A stretch of DNA of 63,736 nt, filler included, from Octopus bimaculoides (taxonomy: Eukaryota): NCBI RefSeq assembly GCF_001194135.2. It is 9 parts of 9 records of this genome, joined end to end, with 100 filler letters (N's around TTAATTAATTAA, not from the genome) between each part and the next. Parts side by side here need not be neighbours in the genome. Positions count along the whole stretch, not along the records: positions 1 to 8,252 come from NC_069008.1; positions 8,353 to 28,153 come from NC_068987.1; 7 more parts are not named here. One strand, 5' to 3'. Shown piece after piece: positions 1 through 10,320 of this stretch. Position 1 is the stretch's first letter. Each line of letters begins with the position of its first letter. The notes under the pieces are model-generated. The model did not search any database. It saw only the letters and a list, made by a program, of their open reading frames with translations, and was not told the origin of the DNA. Made by a program: the position numbers and the translations under genes.

Positions 1-1828
1 GTGTGTATGTTTAAAATTCATACATTTACACAATTCAAAATTTCTTCGATTAAACAATCGCAATTAATATTCTAAATACAATAAGTTAGGTCACTGCGTC
101 ATTTTTTCACTCCAAAAATTTCCTAATAACGAATATAATCCATAAAACTACACGAGTAAACATTTTCTCCCTAATAAAATCTAATTTCCTCTTTCTAATA
201 CAAATCCTTTCAACTCCTACTTCCTCTTATGTCCTACTTTCTCTTATGAACCTTTACGAAAATTCCAACAACAAATACAAAAATAAAGGAAGGAGAAAAA
301 GAAAACTATTTCAATATCAAATCACATTTCGATACTGGAATGACAGATACTAAAAGTACATACAAAATTACTTTGCCCCTCTAAAATTAACTATTTCTAT
401 TCCTCTTACACATCGTTTCAATTGCTACTTTCTCTTATGAACGATCCAAGAAAAAAGACCAAATAAACAGGCACACTGCCAATCATACGTAAATACACAC
501 ATATATATGTACCTATGGTTACCAATGACCTCATTCTAATTGGCGGGAATTATAAGTTTACTTTCCATTTCTAACACCGTCCTTCACCAGCGAGACATCT
601 TTCTCAAATACGATCAACAAACATTTATTCCCTACAAACTGTGAGTTTTTTAAAAAAATCTTTTCGTAAATCTTGAGATTAACACCCGCATCATTACCTA
701 CCTAACCCTAACAAACCCTATCCCTAACACTGTAGTGAAAATCGTACGGGTGTTAATCTGAAAATTTAACAGTCTTTTTTAAAACACTTTTACTTACTAA
801 CATCTTTTTTANNNNNNNNNNNNNNNNNNNNNNNNNNNNNNNNNNNNNNNNNNNNNNNNNNNNNNNNNNNNNNNNNNNNNNNNNNNNNNNNNNNNNNNNN
901 NNNNNNNNNNNNNNNNNNNNNNNNNNNNNNNNNNNNNNNNNNNNNNNNNNNNNNNNNNNNNNNNNNNNNNNNNNNNNNNNNNNNNNNNNNNNNNNNNNNN
1001 NNNNNNNNNNNNNNNNNNNNNNNNNNNNNNNNNNNNNNNNNNNNNNNNNNNNNNNNNNNNNNNNNNNNNNNNNNNNNNNNNNNNNNNNNNNNNNNNNNNN
1101 NNNNNNNNNNNNNNNNNNNNNNNNNNNNNNNNNNNNNNNNNNNNCCCGCACGATTACATAACCCTAACCCTAAAACTGTAACCGTAAGACTAACCCTCAT
1201 CGTAACCCTAAAACCGTAACCCTGACCAAAAAACCTTAACCCTAACACCCTAGTGAAAATCGTGCGGGTGTTCATCTGAAAAATCACCGAAATGTGAAAA
1301 CTACCCACCCTCCCATCTGTTATAACTTTTGTTGTTCTGTTTAATATGTACATAGATTATGCCTCCGTTTAAAAAGACAGCAACAGACTGCAGCAATTCA
1401 CCATATTCAAGAAGTTACTTTGAACATAGTGCAAAACGGTGCATCATTATCTACTGCCCAATCTGATAGAATTCTGGCAGAACTGTGTAGCAACAGATCG
1501 CCAGCAATTGCTTCATCAGAAATTGCCGTCCTACCTCCTGCGAAAAGGAATTACCCTGCTATGTATAATCAAGGCAGCGCAAAAAGTTGTTTTGCACAAG
1601 CATTTGTATAGCCAATTAGACGGATGAAATTTACGTACACTTAATAATGTTACACAAAACAGCCTTCAGACTTCCCCTATTAATTTCGTCTTTTGAATTA
1701 TGAACATATTTACATCATAAGGGTTTTTTCATTGTAAGGCTTTCTTTTTTAGTTGATTTTCATCTAGCAAGACTTGTTGTAAGTGGCGTAATAAGTCACA
1801 CCCGGACAACGTCGGGTTATACTGCTAG
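1..1828 (+). mobile_element. Non-autonomous Helitron-like element (5' end just outside window), with internal telomere-like cassettes
   Basis: 3' end has an ACCCG-GACAACGT-CGGGT hairpin (1800-1817), then CTAG (1825-1828) and a T target. Positions 1-385 match 52827-53195, which carries the 5' TC terminus. Confidence 0.75.
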
Positions 1829-1851
1829 TATATATATATATATAGACAGTT

Positions 1852-2110
1852 AAACTGGGCATAACAGGCATCAGATATAGTCTGGATGAGAGAATACTTT
1901 GGTGGCATAATCTTGTGATACATATGGATGAGAACAGCACTCATAAAGGAGAACCGATCGCTAAATGGTAGAGAGAGACCCAGGAAGACGAGGGACGAAA
2001 CAGTGAAAGCCAACCCCAGTCTGACAAATGAGATAACAAAGAATCGAGACAAATGGCAAGGCAATGCTCCGTGCTCAAGAAAACCCATCAATCTCAGCAA
2101 AAATGAAGCT
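1852..2110 (+). mobile_element. RTE-clade LINE ORF2 C-terminal remnant (frameshifted)
   Basis: Reads LGITGIRYSLDERILWWHNLVIHMDE, then GRERPRKTRDETVKA...TKNRDKW. This resembles the RTE C-terminal RRLRWYGHV/GRPRKTW..V..D pattern. Confidence 0.65.
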
Positions 2111-2860
2111 CTAAGAGCATATTGTTAATATTTGTAGTCCCGCATCCAGTCTATACCTGTCAAGCCTTCCCCACAGCTCATATTCGTAACATTCAATCTC
2201 CCTTACTCCAAATTACGGCACTATTTCTTCAGCTGCCGCAATTATACAAAATCAGAATTGCACATCTTTTATCTCCAATTTTGTGCAACTTGTTATCCTT
2301 CTTCTTAGAACCCTTTCTCTTGTCATCCACCCTGCATTCCCAACATCATTTCGTACTACTTTATTTCCACTGAACACCCCTTTTCCATGAACACCCTCTT
2401 ATATATACCATTGACGGCCTTCCTACTTTTGTTTGCTCCCCATTATATCCATCCCCATGTGCCTCTGACCTCCATCTCCGCCATTGTGTATCTTCTCTTT
2501 CCTCAACACTTAACATCCTCTCTCTATTTTTCATCTGTCAACGGATTTATCATTCTGTCGTTCTCCACCCCGAAATTGTAATCTATGGTCACATATCACC
2601 TTCTGCTTAACCTACTCCTATTGTTCTTACATTTCTCCAAATTGAGATTCACATTTGTTCATGGATCCATCCCTGTCCACCTCCACATTCACTTCTGTCC
2701 TCATCTCTACTGCTTGTCTCTCTGTCCCTTTATACTAACAAATCTACTCACCCAACCATTCCTTATTCTCTTCCCCCATCCATACTCTTGTACCTTAAGG
2801 GTACTCCCTGGAACCTCATCGCCTCCAAACTTTCTCTTTCCTTCTGTTGTAGCCACGTAT
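2110..2860 (-). mobile_element. Highly degraded LINE (RTE-like) ORF2 remnant
   Basis: Purine-rich minus strand with stop-ridden peptides such as ELWGRLDRYRLDAGL and AHGDGYNGE, resembling pre-RT and RT segments. Confidence 0.4.
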
Positions 2861-2941
2861 CCCCTCAACAGAAAAAAATTGTTCCAGTCCCTTTATCATA
2901 ATTTATCACCTCAACAATGCTGCATCCCCACTGTGTCAAAG

Positions 2942-3162
2942 GGTCTCTCCCCTTACGAGTTACTTGGTAGCCTCATTAGTGCTGGGGCCACAAAAAAGGG
3001 ATTTAGTACACAATGTAAAGTGGTTGGCATTGGGAGTGCATCCAGTTGCAGAAACCATGCCAAACAGACATTGAAGTTCAGGTGTAGTCCTCTGGCCCGT
3101 CGGGTCCTGTCAAATCATCTAACCTACCCAAACATGGAATACGGACGTTAAGTGATGATGAT
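2942..3162 (+). mobile_element. Retroposon 3' end (RTE-type tail) with (GAT)n tail
   Basis: GTGGTTGGCATTGGGAGTGCATCCAGTTG...CATGGAATACGGACGTTAAG followed by TGATGATGAT. Confidence 0.5.
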
Positions 3163-3332
3163 ATATATATTCATACATACACATACATACATACGCATGT
3201 GCATACATACATACATACATACATACATACATACATACATACATACATGCATGCGTACATACAATCATAAATATACGCAGGCAGATGGGCCGATAGACAG
3301 GCGTGCATTGTATTTTCTCTTATTCTTTTAAT

Positions 3333-3673
3333 ATTTTACTTGTTTCAGTCATTTTACTGCGGCCATGCTGAATGACCACCTTTAGTCGAACAAATAGATT
3401 CCAGGAATTATTCTTTGTAAGCCTACTACTTATTCTATTAAATCCCTTTGCCGAACCGCTAAGATACGGGGATGTAATCACACCGAGATCGGTTGTCAAG
3501 CGATAGTGGAGGTACATAGACACACAAACATATACATATATATTTTTTTACGTCGGGCTCCTTTCAGTTTTCATCTATCAAATCCACTCACAAGGCATGG
3601 GTCGCAGTGGGAGTGAATTCGGAACCATGTAGTTTGGAACCAAGCTTCTTACTACTCAGCCCCTCCTGTGCCT
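3333..3673 (-). mobile_element. SINE family A (tRNA head / core / microsatellite / LINE-derived tail), internally deleted
   Basis: Matches the full copies at 29335-29739 and 54950-55391; part of the core is missing. Confidence 0.8.
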
Positions 3674-4132
3674 GTATACTATGAAACCGGCCGTAGTTCC
3701 TCCTGATGATGTCTTGAGCTAATTGGATCCTATAAAGGAGCTGTTGTGGTAGCAGACCACGAAACATGGTTGAAATTCCTTCCTGTAGATGAAACATTTA
3801 ACCTAACGTTATCATTAAGCTCCATTATTATGGTAAGTTTATTACTAGATCTTTGTAGCTTTTCTATATATATNNNNNNNNNNNNNNNNNNNNNNNNNNN
3901 NNNNNNNNNNNNNNNNNNNNNNNNNNNNNNNNNNNNNNNNNNNNNNNNNNNNNNNNNNNNNNNNNNNNNNNNNNNNNNNNNNNNNNNNNNNNNNNNNNNN
4001 NNNNNNNNNNNNNNNNNNNNNNATATATATATATATATATATATATAATTCTGTTTTATATTTAAACTGTTAAGCTGCATCAGACCATTATCATAACTAC
4101 TTCATATGGCGATAAAAATATATTTCATTCTA

Positions 4133-4954
4133 TTGTGTCATCCCATAAATAAAGCGGCTTTTTTTCAATTGCATCAGTACTTATTCTCAGTGCAAATTTT
4201 GAAGAGTACAGTTCGATTTTAACAGTTATTTTTCAAAGCTATAATGGAAGTGATAAAGGAGAATATTTGGCATATTTTGCTTTATGTGTCCAAGAAAGGC
4301 AACAACGCAACAGAAAGTGCGAGGAATATTAATGCAGTATATGGAGATCGGAAAATAAGCGTAAGGTAGGGTCAACGGTGATTCCAGAAATTCCGAGCCG
4401 AAAAACTACAGCCCAGAAGACGAGCCTCGTCTTAGATGTGTAGAGCTTGACGAGGACATCGTGCTAACACTGGTGTAACAAAATCTCATCGTAACTGATG
4501 AGGAACTAGCACAGAAGCTTGGTGATCCAACTAATTATTCAAGTCAACGCTAGAAGAAAAACGACCAAGGTATTCTTCCATTAAGATAATGCTCGGCCAC
4601 ATATAGTGAAGATGATATATCGAAGGCTGGAGCCGTTTGAATGGGAAACGATGCCCCACCTACCATATTCACAAGACATTTCCCCATCTGATTATCATTT
4701 ATTCCGCAGTGTTCAAAATCATTTGAATGGAAAATATACGAATTCTTTAGATGAGGTCAGAACAGTAGTGGAAGAGAATTGTTCGTCACAGACAAGTGAA
4801 TTTTGGAAGAGGGGCATTGCAAGTCTACAAGATAGATGGAAGAGCATTGAAGAAAATGAAGGAGGGTATATTTTAGATTTAAAAGAACTTTGTTCATCTT
4901 CATTTTGAAAAATAAAACAAGCATAAAAACCGCATTATATACGGGATGACCCAA
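4133..4954 (+). mobile_element. Mariner element, internally deleted, both TIRs retained; transposase pseudogene ~4244-4880
   Basis: TA|TTGTGTCATCCCATAAATAAAGCGG ... CCGCATTATATACGGGATGACCCAA|TA. HTH region MEVIKENIWHILLY, then DNARPH and PHLPYSQDISPSDYHLF. The WVPHEL and first-Asp region is absent; stops present. Confidence 0.9.
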
Positions 4955-5015
4955 TAATGCTTCAGCATTTAGAACAAACGGTTAATTAAATGGTAATGAT
5001 GAGAAACTATTGTAC

Positions 5016-5187
5016 CACGCTCTTTGCTTCGGTTTCATTCGTTTCATATGAAATACCATAGAAAAGACCATTGAAAGTTTCCGTCTCCACTTTGCTAACA
5101 CCAATACCAACATTAGGATATAAAATTGCCACTTGTTGGTCGTCCAGTGTAATCTTGTCAGGGATTGCTTCTATAATGTCCAGCAGT
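5016..5187 (-). CDS. Internal exon of an adhesion GPCR (GAIN subdomain A/B boundary-like)
   Basis: Acceptor ctttcttcacag| and probable (weak) donor GTG|gtacaa. Open peptide LLDIIEAIPDKITLDDQQVAILYPNVGIGVSKVETETFNGLFYGISYETNETEAKSV, recognised as mollusc ADGRG-like. Confidence 0.7.
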
Positions 5188-5836
5188 CTGTGAAGAAAGA
5201 TCGAGAAAACAACTTTCAATTGACAGTGATTCAAATACGTAATTAGCCAAAGATGTTGTAATTACAATAATTATTCAAGAAATCTTTGTATGCTAATGTT
5301 GTTTTTACTACGTCTGCTGACATGACACTACTGTTATAGCTGCTGCTGCTGCTGCTNNNNNNNNNNNNNNNNNNNNNNNNNNNNNNNNNNNNNNNNNNNN
5401 NNNNNNNNNNNNNNNNNNNNNNNNNNNNNNNNNNNNNNNNNNNNNNNNNNNNNNNNNNNNNNNNNNNNNNNNNNNNNNNNNNNNNNNNNNNNNNNNNNNN
5501 NNNNNNNNNNNNNNNNNNNNNNNNNNNNNNNNNNNNNNNNNNNNNNNNNNNNNNNNNNNNNNNNNNNNNNNNNNNNNNNNNNNNNNNNNNNNNNNNNNNN
5601 NNNNNNNNNNNNNNNNNNNNNNNNNNNNNNNNNNNNNNNNNNNNNNNNNNNNNNNNNNNNNNNNNNNNNNNNNNNNNNNNNNNNNNNNNNNNNNNNNNNN
5701 NNNNNNNNNNNNNNNNNNNNNNNNNNNNNNNNNNNNNNNNNNNNNNNNNNNNNNNNNNNNNNNNNNATGAAATTCCAATCAATTTTCAGTCACTTTTTGA
5801 TGATATGTTAGAGGCAATTTAAACGTCACATAACTA

Positions 5837-6059
5837 TTAACATTTTAACATTAAACTGGCCGTATGTGGCTCAAACAGTCTACCTGCTTTATGCTCAAAC
5901 CGGCCAGATTTGTCCTCTCACATCTCTATAATGTCATTTTAAAATAAGCAATCATATTACCGAAACCTCAAAGGTGCTAGATAATGCTTGATTAATTGAC
6001 AACTATGTGATTAGATAAGCATTACAGCGGACTGAGTAATCTGAATATTAGAGGTTTAT
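5837..6059. mobile_element. Degraded TTAA-type (piggyBac-like) MITE, tentative
   Basis: Decayed TTAACCCTTTAGCATT-like ends and an internal CCGGCCAGAT motif; recognised by resemblance only. Confidence 0.3.
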
Positions 6060-7482
6060 GGAATCACTGGAAGTTAATTAACAACTCCAGCTTGATATAG
6101 CTCAGAGATTGCTAAATGTGTTCAGATTATCAATTGTATACTCTTTTAGTGTCTTCTGCTCGGTAGCATCAACTAGAGCAGTGAGCGAGTTACACAACAC
6201 AATTTTATAGTTGAGGAAGACATACATGGTGATCAATGCTTGAACATTAATATCATTGACAAACTGTGGATTGCGATAAACGAGGTATCATAAGCAGCCG
6301 TTAACTTGAGCGACATTATTGTTCCAATGACAAAGTGAACCAAGCTGATAACGGGTCGATGGTTAAGCATTAATATCAATGAGCCTTCATAAGAGACATA
6401 AGAGACTCAGCACAGCATGCACGTGAAAATCTCTTATATTTTCCCAGTCTGCAACCATGAAATAATACATTGCCACCGAAGGCATTAAAACCTACGCAAA
6501 TATGGCTCAACCGTATATGCTTAATTTTGTAATTTAGTTTTAGCAACCTTCGTTACATTTCCATATACTATTATGTATATGTATATCTGTGAATCTCCCT
6601 CTTTCTGCACACACACGCATACACACACACACGCACATACGCAGACACACACGCATACATACACGCACACACACATCAGGAAAATTAAGAGAAATATCCT
6701 AAAGTGATGAACGGCTTCTATTTAAATTTAGATGTACAAGTATAGCATGTCAAATACCATACAGCAAAATCTCTCGATACTTTAAAAACCGTTTACTCTC
6801 TAGAGGATACATCATAATTACTAAATGGTAATTATGATTAGCTCCACTCCAGAAGGGAAGATAATCTCAAGATTTAAGTAATTCTCCAAAACTGAGATGC
6901 CATTAAACAAAACAGACAGGCTCATTGTCTGGAGATGAGAAGACTGTCGTGGACAGGTGTTTCTGGCTTAAATAGCCATCGTCACCACGACAATTGACCG
7001 ACCTTATCTCCTGTAGCCAATGGGCTTAGACATATACAACGTAGTAGAGTAGAAAACTATCATACCTAAGGTAATCTGCATAACTTAAATAAAAATAATC
7101 TAAAAGATTCGAAGTGGCCAGTGGCATGATATATCGTGGAATCGATCAATCGTTGGATTTGTATATATTTATGCGTCTGTGTGTGTGTTTACTTACACAA
7201 GCATCCAACCTATCTTATAACGAATGCAGAAAAGTTTATATATTTTTCGTCGTCATTATCATCGTAATATACCTTTTTGACTTGAAAATATATAATCCGT
7301 TGTAAAATACTTATTATATTCACAAAATAAAACTTGAAGTGGTTTCTTCATCTCAGAATAGCTACCCGTCATCAATACCCGACTTATTTGAAACTCCGAA
7401 TCCTAAATTCCACTCCCCACCGCAATATACTTGTTTTACACCAAAACACCGACATAAATCAGCTGATATACTACGAAGCTTT

Positions 7483-7612
7483 CCGCCGAGGACGACTTTG
7501 CCTTTCATCCTTTCTGGTTTGATAAATTAAGTACCAGTTGCGAACAGGGGTCGATCTAATCCACTGGCCCCCTCTCCTAAAATTTCGGGCCTTGTACCTA
7601 GAGTAGAAAAGA
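7483..7612 (+). mobile_element. 5'-truncated SINE family C with 17-bp TSD
   Basis: ATATACTACGAAGCTTT at 7466-7482 and 7613-7629; body matches the 3' part of 10839-11066. Confidence 0.9.
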
Positions 7613-7917
7613 ATATACTACGAAGCTTTGAAGGAGCCTCTATATGGTCACTCAACACACTAGAATTAGTAGCCAAATTTGCATTCCAGTCACACCCTGT
7701 TGCTTTACACATAGGAGAAAGATTATTGTCCTTAGATACGCAGTCTGAAAAACAGGGATGGTGAGGTTATAACACCTTTGATCATGCGTATACTAAACTG
7801 GGGATGATCCGGGGTAAAAATATTCCTCAACTTCCCTTCCCTCCTCCTCTTTTCTTCCTCCTCACACTACTACTACTACTACTGTAAGAGGATTTTGAAA
7901 CATAATTGTTCACTGAC

Positions 7918-8084
7918 CTTTATCAATTTCTTTGCTTATGTTCTTTAGTTCACGAGTGATCCCCTCCGTATTGTAACACTGCGACATGTCTGGTTCTTGC
8001 CAGATCCCAGTGAATGGTGAACACTTTGGTGATGTCATATTTTGGTTTGTTGGCATTTCTTGATGTACAACCGTTCTGGAAGAG
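7918..8084 (-). CDS. Adhesion GPCR exon encoding the hormone-receptor (HormR/HRM) domain and start of GAIN; possibly frameshifted
   Basis: Acceptor ttttacatttattttcag| and donor AAG|gtcagt. Peptide ...TSPKCSPFTGIWQEPDMSQCYNTEGITRELKNISKEIDK contains the HRM C-x4-G-x-W-x6-C motif. Confidence 0.8.
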
Positions 8085-8252
8085 CTGAAAATAAATGTAA
8101 AATATTGTCAGACGTGTTTACTCTTTCTTATTCCGTCAATCTCAGAGGAATACAAGAAGTACATCGACTTGGTTGTGATTTGAACTCATAATCTAGTGGA
8201 TCGAGAATAAATACTGTAATGTATTTTGTCAGTAATTTCTTATTTACTCTAT

Positions 8253-8352
8253 NNNNNNNNNNNNNNNNNNNNNNNNNNNNNNNNNNNNNNNNNNNNTTAA
8301 TTAATTAANNNNNNNNNNNNNNNNNNNNNNNNNNNNNNNNNNNNNNNNNNNN
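8253..8352. other. Artificial assembly spacer (44N-TTAATTAATTAA-44N), first of eight
   Basis: Identical 100-bp units at 8253, 28154, 35382, 44950, 53196, 56126, 60206 and 61657. The core has stop codons in all six frames. Confidence 0.95.
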
Positions 8353-8864
8353 AGAGACAAAGGCTTTCCTCTCTGGGCAATCTCTCATCAACTTCTTCAA
8401 GTATCATCTGAAGAGGAAGGTGAGAGTAGAAAGGGAAGTCTTGTCTAGTGAATGCTTCAAAAAAAGATGGGTGAATGTAGCAAGTGTGAATGACGGAGCC
8501 ACCTTGAGCATAACACTATAAAGGAGTAAAAAAATCCAGACAAAAAAAAAAAGGCAAAAGAGAGTCACTTACTGTTATAGTTTCTGCAATGACAATATTG
8601 ACCAAGGTTACCGTGGTCTTTTCCGTAGGCTTTTCTTTCCACGGCTAAACCTAAACAGTCCTCCCCTCTTTTTACACGAGAGCATTACTGTGATACACGA
8701 TCCCTATTGATCGCCTTTTTTTCTTTTTTTTCTTTCTTTCTTTCTCTCGATCCCTTTTGATCGACACCCACCCATACTTTATTTTTCCTTTCCCCTCCCA
8801 AAAAGAAAAGCTCTACATTGTATTCGTCCCATCTTTGCTGAGCCCTGTGTGGCTAATAAAAGAA
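8353..8864 (+). mobile_element. L1/Tx1-like LINE 3' end (ORF2 C-terminus + 3' UTR)
   Basis: [35 protein letters not shown]; second copy at 32151-32265 (-); ends AATAAAAGAA followed by (TATC)n. Confidence 0.5.
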
Positions 8865-9150
8865 TTGTATCTATCTATCTATCTATCTGTATGTATAACT
8901 ACATATATACAAATATACAAACATACATATAAATTACTACTTGCGTTCACTATCACATTTTCTGTGCAATCTTAACTATATATATGAGTTTGTGTGTGTG
9001 TGTGCGCGCGTGTGTGCCTGTGTGTGTATATGTATGTATGCATGTATGTATGTATGTATGTATGTATGTATGTATGTATGTATGTATGTATGTATCTATC
9101 TATCTTTCTATCTATCAATATACATACATGTATGTACACACACACACATA

Positions 9151-9275
9151 TTGAGAAAAAGGAGGCAGTCAGAATTTTGGATAATTCTCTATTCGCGCTT
9201 TCGTTCGTTAACCGAACTCTTCAAGACAAAAATTAAGACTATTTTCCAAAATTCTGACTGCCTCCTTTTTTTCGA
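9151..9275. mobile_element. 125-bp MITE, ~35-bp TIRs, TA flanks
   Basis: TA|TTGAGAAAAAGGAGGCAGTCAGAATTTTGGATAAT ... ATTTTCCAAAATTCTGACTGCCTCCTTTTTTTCGA|TA (3 mismatches). Confidence 0.75.
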
Positions 9276-9339
9276 TATGCAACATCTGTACACTACTTCA
9301 GATACTCTCTATTTACATACATATGCATACATACATACA

Positions 9340-9373
<34 letters not shown>

Positions 9374-9472
9374 CATACATGGATATATATACATACATAT
9401 ATATATGTTTGTTTTTGATTTTGTCAATTACACAGTACAGTATTGGGCTCCGTCTGTGAGAAAAATACCACC

Positions 9473-10073
9473 ATGACGCAATCCACCCTGCCAGAAATTT
9501 GGAAACGACATGCTGTACTGCTTGGCGTTCGCGCCGGAAGCTCCAATACGGTCATTTCAGAGTGTTTGGGTGCCAATCTGAGGACAGTGCGGGGGATTCG
9601 GAAAGAGTTGGATGAGTCTAATGGTGATTACGAAGGTACGGCAGCTCGGAAAACTCACTCGTTCTGATAAGAAAAGAAGTCCTGAATTTGTTGGTAAGAT
9701 CCAGGCCATGATTGACAACGATCTCTCCAAGTCAATCAGGTCCATTGCCAAGGACATGGGAATTTGAGTTTCTTATCAGGTAGATAGTGCATGAAGACAT
9801 TCGGTATTCCTCAGACAAAATGAAAAAGGGCCAATTTTTATCCAATGTCATCAAGGACAAAGTGAAAGACCACACTACGAAGTTTTTAAACAAACTCAAG
9901 CATCCCATCGAACCGAACATGCTTTGATTTTTCCCAGACGAGAAACATTTCTGCCAAGATCAGATGGTGAACACACAGAACAACCTTTGGCATGGCGTGT
10001 CCCGAAAATATGTACCGAGAGTGATAAAATCAAACATCTAGTCAACATCAAGGTGTTTGGAGTGATCACTAGT
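9473..10073 (+). pseudogene. Tc1/mariner transposase relic, maT (DD37D)-like, N-terminal two-thirds
   Basis: MTQSTLPEIWKRHAV...SIRSIAKDMG...FFPDEKHFCQDQMVNTQNN...VFGVITS. Contains stops and frameshifts; ends beside a SINE at 10084. Confidence 0.75.
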
Positions 10074-10083
10074 AATATATATA

Positions 10084-10320
10084 GGCGTAGGAGTGGCTGT
10101 GTGGTAAGTAGCTTGCTTACGAACCACATGGTTCCGGGTTCAGTCCCACAGCGTGGCACCTTGGGCCAGTGTCTTTTTCTATTGCCTCGGGCCGACCAAA
10201 GCCTTGTGAGTGGATTTGGTAGACGGAAACTGAAAGAAGAATAAGTTCTGGGGTCGATTTCCTCGACTAAAGGCCACAGTCAAACGACTGAAACAAGTAA
10301 AAGAGTAAAGAGTAAAGAGT
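10084..10320 (+). mobile_element. SINE family A, compact deletion variant
   Basis: Head GGCGTAGGAGTGGCTGTGTGG with B-box GGTTCAGTCCC, core, then tail CAGTCAAACGACTGAAACAAGTAAAAG + (AGTAAAG)n. Confidence 0.9.

Noticed and set aside
6220-7290. Further minus-strand exon-like pieces between the GPCR exons
   Set aside because: The best frames contain stops and show no recognisable homology; such splice-like signals are common in AT-rich DNA.
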